Shown here piece after piece: positions 9,703-17,911 of a stretch of 41,190 nucleotides of DNA. The notes below the pieces were generated by a model. That model had not been told where the DNA came from, searched no databases, and saw only the letters and a list, made by a program, of their open reading frames with translations. The DNA comes from an uncultured Methanomicrobiaceae archaeon (GTDB taxonomy: Archaea; Halobacteriota; Methanomicrobia; Methanomicrobiales; Methanomicrobiaceae): positions 1 through 41,190 of the forward strand of contig CAZBGM010000003.1 of assembly GCA_964491505.1 (NCBI GenBank), given 5' to 3'. The translations under genes and the position numbers were made by a program. Within the stretch, counting starts at the first letter, position 1. Each line of letters begins with the position of its first letter.

Positions 9703-9876
9703 ATGGTCGCAGTAGTCGATAAAGAAATTTGTACAGGCTGTGAAACATGCGTTGATGTCTGCCCGTCAGCAGCTATTACCATGGAAAACGAAAAAGCAGT
9801 TGTTAACGCAGATATGTGTGTTGACTGTGAATCCTGTGTGGATGAGTGCCCATCAGGCGCTATCCACATGGAATAA
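9703..9876 (+). CDS. 2x[4Fe-4S] ferredoxin (57 aa)
   Basis: Not in the ORF track (below 60 aa). ATG..TAA frame: MVAVVDKEICTGCETCVDVCPSAAITMENEKAVVNADMCVDCESCVDECPSGAIHME. It carries two perfect CxxCxxCxxxCP motifs. GAGGT lies upstream and a T6 run follows the stop. Confidence 0.75.
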   Translation: MVAVVDKEICTGCETCVDVCPSAAITMENEKAVVNADMCVDCESCVDECPSGAIHME

Positions 9877-9980
9877 AACAAGGTATAGGGCACGAGCCCC
9901 ATATTTTTTGATAAGAGAACACGAAGGATTTAATATCAAATCCACATTTTTTTATCCTTTCTCATTAATATCAACTTATC

Positions 9981-10997
9981 ATGATTGAAGTAGGCGTACT
10001 TGGTGCAACTGGTGCGGTCGGGCAGCGCTTTGTACAGCTTCTTGCCGGGCATCCGTGGTTCCATCTCAAAATGGTAACTGCCTCAGAGCGCAGCGCCGGT
10101 AAAACATACCGTGATGCCGTCAACTGGCGTCTGGAGGTTCCATTCCCTGATGAAACAGGAGATCTTATTGTCAAACCAACCACTGTGGAAAGTGTCAAAG
10201 ATCTCGATTTTGTCTTCTCTGCTATGCCCGCCGATGTTGCAGGACCGCTTGAGATCGATATTGCCAATGCCGGAGTGGGCGTCTTTTCCAATGCCGCATC
10301 TCACCGGATGGATCCGGATGTGCCGCTGGTGGTGCCGGAACTCAATCCGGATCATCTTGGCCTTATCGATGTTCAGCACGACGCGGGCAGAGACGGATTT
10401 ATTGTCACAAATCCAAACTGCTCAACAATTGTGTTGACACTGGCGCTGACACCCATCCGGGACATCGGATTTTCAGATCTCCGGGTCGCGACGATGCAGG
10501 CATTTTCCGGAGCAGGATTTGAAGGGATTTCTGCGATGTCCATCTATGATAACGTGGTCCCGTACATCTCTTCTGAGGAAGAAAAAATGGAGCAGGAAAC
10601 CCAGAAGATACTGGGCAGTTTTGATGGAGCTGAAATTATCCGGGCTCCCTTTGACGTGAGTGCCTCCTGTCACCGGGTTCCGGTTATTGACGGCCATACA
10701 ATGGCAGTTTGGTTGGACACGAATCGCACCCCTGAAGAAGTTACTGAGCTCTATCGAACATATAAACCACCGTTTAGCGGGTTACCACATCAGCCTGCTG
10801 AGTCGGTGCATCTCTTTGACGAACCGGATCGTCCTCAACCACGACTGGACCGCAACCGCGGTGATGGGATGACTGTTTCGGTCGGAAGAATACGTGAGGG
10901 GTTGCGTTTTGTGGCGATGGGTCATAATACCATTCGTGGCGCAGCCGGAGCGTCAATATTAAACGCCGAACTAATTGCATCAGGAAACAGGATCTAA
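9981..10997 (+). CDS. asd: aspartate-semialdehyde dehydrogenase
   Basis: 338 aa. N-terminal GATGAVGQR NAD(P)-binding motif. Active-site Cys motif NPNCSTI. C-terminal GHNTIRGAAG. Confidence 0.92.
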   Translation: MIEVGVLGATGAVGQRFVQLLAGHPWFHLKMVTASERSAGKTYRDAVNWRLEVPFPDETGDLIVKPTTVESVKDLDFVFSAMPADVAGPLEIDIANAGVGVFSNAASHRMDPDVPLVVPELNPDHLGLIDVQHDAGRDGFIVTNPNCSTIVLTLALTPIRDIGFSDLRVATMQAFSGAGFEGISAMSIYDNVVPYISSEEEKMEQETQKILGSFDGAEIIRAPFDVSASCHRVPVIDGHTMAVWLDTNRTPEEVTELYRTYKPPFSGLPHQPAESVHLFDEPDRPQPRLDRNRGDGMTVSVGRIREGLRFVAMGHNTIRGAAGASILNAELIASGNRI

Positions 10998-11294
10998 ATG
11001 AAAATGGAACAGACCAATCGCGACGAGGATTCAACGGTTCTGGTTGGAACAAAGCCGGTGATGAATTATGTCCTTGCCGTTGCAACGCAGTTTAATGCGG
11101 GATCTTCTGAGGTCTGTATTATGGCGCGGGGACGAGCGATCTCACGAGCCGTCGATACGGCAGAAATTGCCCTCAGTAGGTTTCTTGGCGATACCGTAAT
11201 GAAAGGGCCGATCATAATTGGCACAGAAATTATCGATACTGAAAGCGGCCCAACGAATGTCTCTACCATTGATATCCATCTCATAAAGATCTGA
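10998..11294 (+). CDS. albA: DNA/RNA-binding protein Alba
   Basis: 98 aa. Alba core: [44 protein letters not shown]. The ATG directly abuts the asd stop (TAAATG). Confidence 0.88.
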   Translation: MKMEQTNRDEDSTVLVGTKPVMNYVLAVATQFNAGSSEVCIMARGRAISRAVDTAEIALSRFLGDTVMKGPIIIGTEIIDTESGPTNVSTIDIHLIKI

Positions 11295-11366
11295 GGATTT
11301 TCTTCTGCCCAGTTAGATTATCCCACAGCGGGAAATCTCTTTTATTTTTAACAACAATGGTACTCT

Positions 11367-11888
11367 ATGAAGGTCTGCCCGCTCATTATGCTGATATTCC
11401 TGCTACTGGGTGTTGTAAGTGTGCCAGTCTGTGCACAAATTCCCGGAAGGACTGGATATGTTACCATTGAGAGCGTGGACATTGGCCTCACCGATGATTA
11501 TGCCGTCATCGATCTTTCTTACCATATTGATGATATTGTCTCAATTCTGGTTCTCCTTCTTGGGAAAAGAGACTTAAAAAACCGGTTGAATAAAACACTG
11601 AATTTCAAGGATGCACGATTTATTGAAACTGATATGGATCACGCACGAATACTGGTGCGTGGAGTCTCTATCGATTATGGCGATAATTCATACTGGTTCC
11701 CCGAACATGAATTTGATATCACTCTTGCAAATGTAACAGTGATAACGCCACAGTTTAGCCGGACATACAACGAAACAACGATGATTCCCAACGGCATTGG
11801 ATTCTTCAGGGGCGGGCTTGAACCACGTTTTAATTTTCCAAACAATCTGACCGTAATAAGCCATTTGGAATCTACAGCACCCAGTTAA
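11367..11888 (+). CDS. hypothetical secreted protein
   Basis: 173 aa with an N-terminal signal peptide (LIMLIFLLLGVVSVPVCAQ). No recognised domain. Confidence 0.55.
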   Translation: MKVCPLIMLIFLLLGVVSVPVCAQIPGRTGYVTIESVDIGLTDDYAVIDLSYHIDDIVSILVLLLGKRDLKNRLNKTLNFKDARFIETDMDHARILVRGVSIDYGDNSYWFPEHEFDITLANVTVITPQFSRTYNETTMIPNGIGFFRGGLEPRFNFPNNLTVISHLESTAPS

Positions 11889-12036
11889 AATTGTGTGTGA
11901 ATGCTAACTTTTTTGAATTATTCTTATCAAAATGCCCCTCTGGCTGAATTGAATACTTTTTTTGAAAGGCAGTATTACGTGCAAAAAATGTTGAGTGTAT
12001 GGCTTTCAGCTTCCCCAGCCTAGCCAGAAAAAATGT

Positions 12037-13164
12037 TCAGAGATAATCCCTTGGCGCATTTTTGAAGTACTGCTCAATCCAGTCATGAACCAGGTGCTGG
12101 ACATAAATCCCGACTCCGGTAATCAGTATTGCTCCGATTATCCCATAGATAATTATTCGTACCCCGTCGTCAACATAATACGGAAAGTCCAGATTTCCTG
12201 AGAGAGAGAGAACATACACGCTCGCACCAAAGACAAAGAAGGCTCCGGCAGCGATAAAGAAAGGTAGTACAATTAATCTGGAGAGATTCTCCTTCTCGTT
12301 GTTGTAAGCATCGATCAGTTTCCCTGACATCGCAATCAGGCCTGCCCCGGCAAACCAGAATATCGAACCATAGAAGAATCCAAAAAGGATATAGATAAGC
12401 CCTGAATCCTCTGGATACCACTGAAGAACACTAGCAAATCCCATCAGAAGAGCGACTAACCCAACGAAGAGCGCTGTAATATAGGCCAAAAAACTAACTT
12501 TACCTCCCCGAAACGAGGCATTGAGACCATTTATTGCTATACCAAAATATTCGTCGATGCCGTAGCCCTTAAAGAGCAAATAGACGCCGAGTACACCAAC
12601 CACGATAATAATTGCGATATCCGGAAATCCTATGAGCACCGCAACAGCATAGAGAAGCATACAGATACCAAGGGGAACAAGAAATGTTCTTGCAACCTGT
12701 GGATCATCAAAGAATTTTTTAAGGATGTAATACGTGCCCTCAAGGTTAGGCATCTGTTTGACAATCACTCTGCTGACACTTGCCACTCTGACATTTGACT
12801 GAATAATGGGCAGAATATACTCATCTTCAGCTCCATCAGTTACTAAAATACATCGGGTAATACCATTGGTTGTTACTATATTTTCCAGATCCTGAGCAAT
12901 CTTTCTATCGCCCTCTATAGTGTTTGTTCCACTACCAGCAAGAACAGCAACCACAACATCCTCACCAAGATTCAGTCTTTCATCATAAAGACGGACAGCC
13001 TGAAAAATGGCATTAACATCTGAGTCTTCAGGATCGGCAAGGCCCAGTGTCGTCGCTGCATTTAGGCAAGCCTGACGACCAAAAACCGGACTCCGGATGT
13101 ATCCCTTCACTCCGATATCATCATCTCTGTCAATACAGAGAATCAACGTCCGGTCAGAATTCAT
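12037..13164 (-). CDS. DUF373-family integral membrane protein
   Basis: 375 aa. A soluble N-terminal domain of about 150 aa begins LILCIDRDDDIGVKG. It is followed by roughly 6-7 hydrophobic helices. The pattern matches my recollection of archaeal DUF373. Confidence 0.6.
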   Translation of the reverse strand: MNSDRTLILCIDRDDDIGVKGYIRSPVFGRQACLNAATTLGLADPEDSDVNAIFQAVRLYDERLNLGEDVVVAVLAGSGTNTIEGDRKIAQDLENIVTTNGITRCILVTDGAEDEYILPIIQSNVRVASVSRVIVKQMPNLEGTYYILKKFFDDPQVARTFLVPLGICMLLYAVAVLIGFPDIAIIIVVGVLGVYLLFKGYGIDEYFGIAINGLNASFRGGKVSFLAYITALFVGLVALLMGFASVLQWYPEDSGLIYILFGFFYGSIFWFAGAGLIAMSGKLIDAYNNEKENLSRLIVLPFFIAAGAFFVFGASVYVLSLSGNLDFPYYVDDGVRIIIYGIIGAILITGVGIYVQHLVHDWIEQYFKNAPRDYL

Positions 13165-13223
13165 ATCTTCAAGAAAATACTTCTGGAACGCTTAAATAAT
13201 TACTGATTAAAAAAAGGAGAATA

Positions 13224-14087
13224 TTAGATAAGTTTAGCACGCTGCAACAGCAGGATGTCATCGGTAGTGAGTTTCGTACCACTTCTGAACTGCTGGAAGA
13301 CAATTTCTGCCTCTTTGCGGATTGCTTTCTGCTCTTTGTTGACCTTTGTTTTACGGGTCTTCTTGCGCACGCCACCGATGACTTTGTCGTAATCACGAAG
13401 TTCTTTCTGGCAGGAGATAAAGGACTGATGCTCAGCATCTGCTGCTTCCTGAGCCTCTACAAACTTGCGGTGTGCCTCATCAGCTTCTTCACGGGACTTG
13501 TCGGCCTTGCGATAGCACTCAACCATCAGATCATGATGTTCCTGTGCCTTCTCAGCTGACTCGGTAACCTGTTTATGCAGTTCAGATGCCTGTCGACGAA
13601 GTTCACGAGCATCCTGAAGCTTCTCGCGGATCTCTTTGTTCTGCTCAAGTTCGGCTTCCTGTTCCCGGATGGTACCCTTGAGGTGCTTAATCTTCTCGAT
13701 CAGTTCACGCTCTTTTTCAGTGCCCATGACGGTCGTCTGCTGCTGAAATTCGAGAGATTCAATCTGCTTCTGCTGTTCTTTGATGCCACGGGTATTGCTG
13801 ATCTGACCATGTTCTTTCTTGAAGGCATCAATCTCTTCAAAAAGCACATTAGCCTTATCATTAAAGACATTGCGTTCGCCTTTAAGGCGGTGCACATCCT
13901 GATTGGAATGGTCACGAAGCTCTTTGTGCTTCTGTGCCTCTTCAACACATTCGCGGGTCTGCGCGTTTAACTGGTTGCGTTCACGAGCCATCTGGCTTGC
14001 TTTTGCATTGAGATCGTTGCGCTTCTCTTTGTGTTCTTCCGAGTCATCTAGAAAATTTTTACGTTTGTCGACAAGTTCGTTCATCAT
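13224..14087 (-). CDS. archaeal coiled-coil protein (COG1340-like)
   Basis: 287 aa. The sequence is almost entirely heptad-like and rich in Glu/Lys/Arg/Gln (e.g. KEQQKQIESLEFQQQ, REQEAELEQNKEIREKLQDARELRRQ). No enzymatic motif. Confidence 0.65.
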   Translation of the reverse strand: MMNELVDKRKNFLDDSEEHKEKRNDLNAKASQMARERNQLNAQTRECVEEAQKHKELRDHSNQDVHRLKGERNVFNDKANVLFEEIDAFKKEHGQISNTRGIKEQQKQIESLEFQQQTTVMGTEKERELIEKIKHLKGTIREQEAELEQNKEIREKLQDARELRRQASELHKQVTESAEKAQEHHDLMVECYRKADKSREEADEAHRKFVEAQEAADAEHQSFISCQKELRDYDKVIGGVRKKTRKTKVNKEQKAIRKEAEIVFQQFRSGTKLTTDDILLLQRAKLI

Positions 14088-14544
14088 GCTTTGCTATACC
14101 TCATAACTACAACGACATTCAATCCGTCAAAACTAATGTCATTCGCACAAGAAAAGTCCGGCATTACACCGGAAGATCTACGTAAGCTCTCTGGACTCGG
14201 AAGAGAAGTCCATATTCATCGGCTGTTCTGTATTCAACTTCCTGTACGAATTACGCCGAATGGCGCATTTGACACAATTCTGACCTGAATGGTGAGTAGT
14301 GTTATCTGTATAAAATGATAGGAAAGAATATAAGGCTTTTCCTGACTTGATTCAGAAAGATCTCCATCTAAGCTCAAAATCTTAAACGTAAAAAATAACC
14401 GAGCAGAAATGTAAAATTTTGTATGATGAAAATGAGAGTTAATGATTGCTTCCTTGACACTTGATGCCCGCTATAATCTTGTTATTTGATATCACCGAGA
14501 TAAACCATCTGGCATTATCAGAAACATCCATTTAGTTGCACGTT

Positions 14545-14598
14545 TCAGTAAAAAATTATATTACCCAGGCATGGATTGCCTGATGGATTTTTTACTGA
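14545..14598 (-). terminator. composite hairpin with U-tract downstream of ftsZ
   Basis: 12-bp outer arms TCAGTAAAAAAT / ATTTTTTACTGA (14545..14556, 14587..14598). They enclose an inner stem CAGGCA / TGCCTG (14566..14582). The element lies 27 nt beyond the ftsZ stop, and on the minus-strand RNA the 3' arm carries a U6 run. Confidence 0.35.
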
Positions 14599-14624
14599 GC
14601 GGGTTTCAGAGGTGAGTTCCTGCT

Positions 14625-15773
14625 TTACCTGATAAAGTCAATCAGACCGCCACTGGTCTGTTCTGAGGCACGACGTGCACCGCCTGCCATTCTTCCCATG
14701 GGCTGTGCAATCTGAGGCTCAGAACGAGCCGGTACAGTCATTGGTTGTGAACGTCCAAGAATCTGTGCGCTCTTCACACCAGTCATGATAGCCATAACCC
14801 GGACTCTACCCTCAAATTCGCTATTGATCCTCGCACCCCAGATAACATCAGCATGCGGGTCAAGTTCGTAGGTAAGAGAACTTGCAATCTCTTCCGCATC
14901 GGCAAGAGTCAGATCACTGCCCCCGGTGATATGGATAAGTGAGCCGGTTGCTCCACGATAATCAATGTCAAGGAGTGGGTGGTTAAGGCATTCGTGCACT
15001 ACGTTTTCAGACTTGTTCTGCTGTTTTGACTCTCCAACAAGCATGACTGCAACGCCACCCTTACTCATAATGGCACGGACATCGGCATAGTCGATATTAA
15101 TAAGCGATGGCTCGGTAATAGTCTCAGAAATACCTTTTACGGTCTCAGCGATGAGTTGATCCATAACAGAGAATGCCTGCCCTAATGGAAGGTTTGGAAC
15201 AAATTTCATCAGCCGGTTGTTATCGAGAACAATAACAGAATCTGCTGCTTCCTGAAGACATGCGAGACCTTCTTCAGCACGGATAAGACGGGCTTTCTCA
15301 ACCTGGAAAGGATAGCTGACCATTCCCACGACAATGGCGCCCTGTTCCTTTGCTATCTGAGCAACGACCGGGGCTGTACCAGTGCCGGTACCGCCACCCA
15401 TTCCTGCGGTGATAAAGACAAGATCCGCATCAGCCAGAAGAGTCTCAAGTGTTGTACGAGCCATCTCAGCTGCACGTTTCCCAATATCCGGGAATCCACC
15501 AGCACCAAGACCTTTGGTCAGTGATTTACCGACAAGAACACGCTTGTCTGCCTGAATCATTTCGAGATGTTGCTTATCGGTGTTGAGTGCAATAGTCTCA
15601 GCACCATTGACCTTCATGTGGTATAGGCGGTTTATGGTGTTGTTTCCTGCGCCACCACAACCAACAATAACAATCCGTGGCTGACCAAGAAAGTCTTCAT
15701 CTCCAATAACACCCTTCGTGTTATGATGTTCCAGCTCTGCATTTTTAAGAGCTTCATTAATAATCGACTGCAT
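14625..15773 (-). CDS. ftsZ: cell division protein FtsZ (FtsZ2-like paralog)
   Basis: 382 aa. Tubulin/FtsZ signature [10 protein letters not shown], plus [10 protein letters not shown] and NTD. The N-terminal extension and the upstream RHH gene fit the FtsZ2 type. GGAGG Shine-Dalgarno sequence 8 nt upstream. Confidence 0.95.
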   Translation of the reverse strand: MQSIINEALKNAELEHHNTKGVIGDEDFLGQPRIVIVGCGGAGNNTINRLYHMKVNGAETIALNTDKQHLEMIQADKRVLVGKSLTKGLGAGGFPDIGKRAAEMARTTLETLLADADLVFITAGMGGGTGTGTAPVVAQIAKEQGAIVVGMVSYPFQVEKARLIRAEEGLACLQEAADSVIVLDNNRLMKFVPNLPLGQAFSVMDQLIAETVKGISETITEPSLINIDYADVRAIMSKGGVAVMLVGESKQQNKSENVVHECLNHPLLDIDYRGATGSLIHITGGSDLTLADAEEIASSLTYELDPHADVIWGARINSEFEGRVRVMAIMTGVKSAQILGRSQPMTVPARSEPQIAQPMGRMAGGARRASEQTSGGLIDFIR

Positions 15774-15923
15774 TTAGAATCCTCCTGAAAGTACCGGTTG
15801 TTTGATGATATATGTGGAGTCCGGATTGCCCAGGCATAGTAGTTCTGTCTCATTGCCAGCAGAGAGAAAATCTGCCGGAGAGGGGTGAATGAATTGGGAC
15901 TGCGTTCTTTTGTTTCCTGCCAT
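15774..15923 (-). CDS. candidate 49-aa micro-protein between cdrS and ftsZ
   Basis: The ATG at 15923 lies 3 nt after the cdrS stop. The frame is open for 49 codons: MAGNKRTQSQFIHPSPADFLSAGNETELLCLGNPDSTYIIKQPVLSGGF. Its TAA (15776..15774) directly abuts the ftsZ ATG. No homology recognised. Confidence 0.3.
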   Translation of the reverse strand: MAGNKRTQSQFIHPSPADFLSAGNETELLCLGNPDSTYIIKQPVLSGGF

Positions 15924-15926
15924 TTC

Positions 15927-16103
15927 TTACACCTCAAATGAGATCTGCTCACTGTCCCTGATAACTCGGCTGCTGTGACGTTCGAGCAGTTCACGCACAG
16001 AGTGCCTGACTGCCTCTGAAACTGTAGGGAATTCACCTGCCTCTACCAGCCTTTCCAGTAATAAGACCTGCTGAGGGGGGAGCCGTATTGTTATCCGTTC
16101 CAT
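15927..16103 (-). CDS. cdrS: ribbon-helix-helix (CopG-like) protein, CdrS-type division regulator
   Basis: Not in the ORF track (58 aa): MERITIRLPPQQVLLLERLVEAGEFPTVSEAVRHSVRELLERHSSRVIRDSEQISFEV. It shows a beta-strand plus two-helix RHH layout. Its position directly upstream of ftsZ2 matches haloarchaeal cdrS. Confidence 0.7.
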   Translation of the reverse strand: MERITIRLPPQQVLLLERLVEAGEFPTVSEAVRHSVRELLERHSSRVIRDSEQISFEV

Positions 16104-16116
16104 CTAAATATCATCC

Positions 16117-16158
16117 TGTCCGACATTTGTCTGACAATTGTCTGACAATTGTCTGACA
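16117..16158 (-). promoter_or_regulatory. four tandem TGTCYGACA dyads at exact 11-bp spacing (candidate RHH operator)
   Basis: TGTCCGACA at 16117. TGTCTGACA at 16128, 16139 and 16150. Each is an inverted repeat TGTC-N-GACA. The array starts 14 nt upstream of the cdrS ATG. An inverted partial copy (TCAGACAAT) lies at 16185..16193. Confidence 0.5.
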
Positions 16159-16292
16159 TAGAGCACCTTGACGCCTGACTTAACTCAGACAATAATGAGA
16201 TACTATGTGATGATATATAAAGGTTTTTATTGAGTTCCAGAGATCACCTTCAGAAGGCATTTTAACAGGCTAAATGCATATTTTAGCAAAAG

Positions 16293-17303
16293 ATGGACAA
16301 TTTGGAGGATGTGCATATTTCAGAAAAAGCAGTTCACGGAGATGGAATCAGGCAACTCAGAAAAGCATCTGAGAACCCCATCCTGGATTTTGGTGCTAAT
16401 TTAAACCCTTTTCCACCTGAAACGGGGTGGGTCCCCAACCCTGCCCTCATACGTGATTATCCTGACGACACCTATGCTGAACTCAGGGAATCCTTTGCGC
16501 GTTCTGTTGGGCGGCGATCAGATGAAATTACTGTGGGAAACGGATCGGTTGATATTATCCGAACATTCTGTAATACGATGGTAAAGGCAGACACGAAAGT
16601 CTTCATCCCCGAACCTGTTTTTGCAGAATATGAACTCTCAGTGAAATTAGCCGGTGGAACAGTGGTTACCAATCCTTCAGATGCTGGCCTGAGATTTCTC
16701 TGCAACCCGAGTAATCCGACAGGTCATTTCCTCAAATACGAAGAGGTTACTGAAATTCTTGAAGATTGTGAAGATGCCGGGCAGATGCTTTTTCTGGACG
16801 AGGCCTTCATCGATCTCGCAGATCCTGCCGAAAGCCTATGCAATAATACATCTGAAAATTTGTTCATCATTCGATCACTAACAAAATCGTTTGCTGTTCC
16901 GGGTCTGCGTATAGGATTTGGAATAGGAAATAGTGATCTTATCGGGAAGCTGGAAGTCACCCGCCCCCCCTGGACAGTCAATGCCTTCGCAGAATCATTT
17001 GCCCTTGCAGCAATAAAACAATTTAGCGCACTTGCCGGAGTCAGAGAACGCCTCAAAACAGAACGTAACTGGATCTGCCAAAACCTTAGCGAGTGTGGAC
17101 TGAACTACCTACCACCAAGTGCAAATTTTATTCTGGTAGAACTTCCCGAAACTGCGACAACGTTTACACAGAAATTGCTGGATCAGGGCATCTTTGTGCG
17201 AGACTGTACATCTTTCGGTTTACCAAATAATATCCGCATTGCAGTCAGGTCACGCAAAGAGAATGAACAATTAATTCAGGCGGTTCGGCGTTGCTTGCCC
17301 TAA
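16293..17303 (+). CDS. cobD: threonine-phosphate decarboxylase (class I/II aminotransferase fold, CobD-type)
   Basis: 336 aa. PLP-lysine motif SLTKSFAVPGLRIGF and N-terminal DFGANLNP. Adjacency and overlap with cobY favour CobD over HisC. Confidence 0.65.
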   Translation: MDNLEDVHISEKAVHGDGIRQLRKASENPILDFGANLNPFPPETGWVPNPALIRDYPDDTYAELRESFARSVGRRSDEITVGNGSVDIIRTFCNTMVKADTKVFIPEPVFAEYELSVKLAGGTVVTNPSDAGLRFLCNPSNPTGHFLKYEEVTEILEDCEDAGQMLFLDEAFIDLADPAESLCNNTSENLFIIRSLTKSFAVPGLRIGFGIGNSDLIGKLEVTRPPWTVNAFAESFALAAIKQFSALAGVRERLKTERNWICQNLSECGLNYLPPSANFILVELPETATTFTQKLLDQGIFVRDCTSFGLPNNIRIAVRSRKENEQLIQAVRRCLP

Positions 17304-17911
17304 TTATGGCAGGCGGAAGGGGAACCCGTCTTGGAAGCGGAGAAAAACCTCTCGTCCGTATTGGTGATACCCCCATGCTTGCTCGTGTCCTTTCATCTTT
17401 TCGCGATGCAGGACATGAACCAATTGTCGTTTTAAGTGACGCAGTACCGGTTACCCGTAACTGGTGCCGGGCATGGGACCAGGAATACATCAACACACCC
17501 GGGAAAGGCTATGTTGAAGATCTCAATGAAGCAGCAGAAATTCTTAGAATACCGGGGTCTTTTTTCTGCAGCGTTTCAGACATCCCCTGCATTTTGCCTG
17601 AAACTCTAAAAACAATTGAATCAGTATATGGTGCTGCAGGAACACCCGCCCTCTCGGTCTGGATCCCGGAGTTTTTGGTTTCTCGCTTCGGCGGTAAACC
17701 AACCTATTCAATGGAGGTTGAGGGAGTGTTAGCAGTTCCAACGGGAGTCAATATTTTTCATGGAGCTCACATTGGCGTTCCCTGTGATGAAGTGCAACTC
17801 CTTCTCAATGCAAGCGATCTCGCCCTTAACGTTAATACTCCGAATGAAGTACTTGCAGCAGAAAAGTTCCTGAAAAACGTTCGTGAAAAAAATGTTCCAG
17901 GCATTGTTTAA
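17291..17911 (+). CDS. cobY: adenosylcobinamide-phosphate guanylyltransferase (archaeal CobY)
   Basis: 206 aa from the TTG at 17291 (alternative ATG at 17306). Nucleotidyltransferase motif ALIMAGGRGTRLG..EKPL. GKGYVEDLNEA matches the CobY signature as I recall it from M. jannaschii. Confidence 0.75.
   Translation: MLALIMAGGRGTRLGSGEKPLVRIGDTPMLARVLSSFRDAGHEPIVVLSDAVPVTRNWCRAWDQEYINTPGKGYVEDLNEAAEILRIPGSFFCSVSDIPCILPETLKTIESVYGAAGTPALSVWIPEFLVSRFGGKPTYSMEVEGVLAVPTGVNIFHGAHIGVPCDEVQLLLNASDLALNVNTPNEVLAAEKFLKNVREKNVPGIV

Noticed and set aside
9639-9902. 87-aa minus-strand ORF in the track.
   Set aside because: It is exactly antisense to a plus-strand frame with two perfect CxxCxxCxxxCP ferredoxin motifs, so it is a shadow ORF.
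14091-14288. 65-aa plus-strand ORF (TTG start; internal ATG at 14136) in the gap upstream of the coiled-coil gene.
   Set aside because: It has no Shine-Dalgarno sequence, no motif and unremarkable composition. It lies in the likely 5' UTR and promoter region of the divergent coiled-coil gene. Kept as non-coding pending conservation evidence.
14422-14480. ATGATGA (C-box-like) sequence, considered as a possible C/D box sRNA.
   Set aside because: No CTGA D or D' boxes at the required spacing, and no terminal stem. Similar ATGATG strings near position 23..60 also lack D boxes.
15632-16036. 134-aa minus-strand ORF in the track.
   Set aside because: It crosses the ftsZ start codon and overlaps both the 49-codon ORF and cdrS in other frames. 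It has no motif, and the cdrS, spacer-ORF and ftsZ frames explain the region better.
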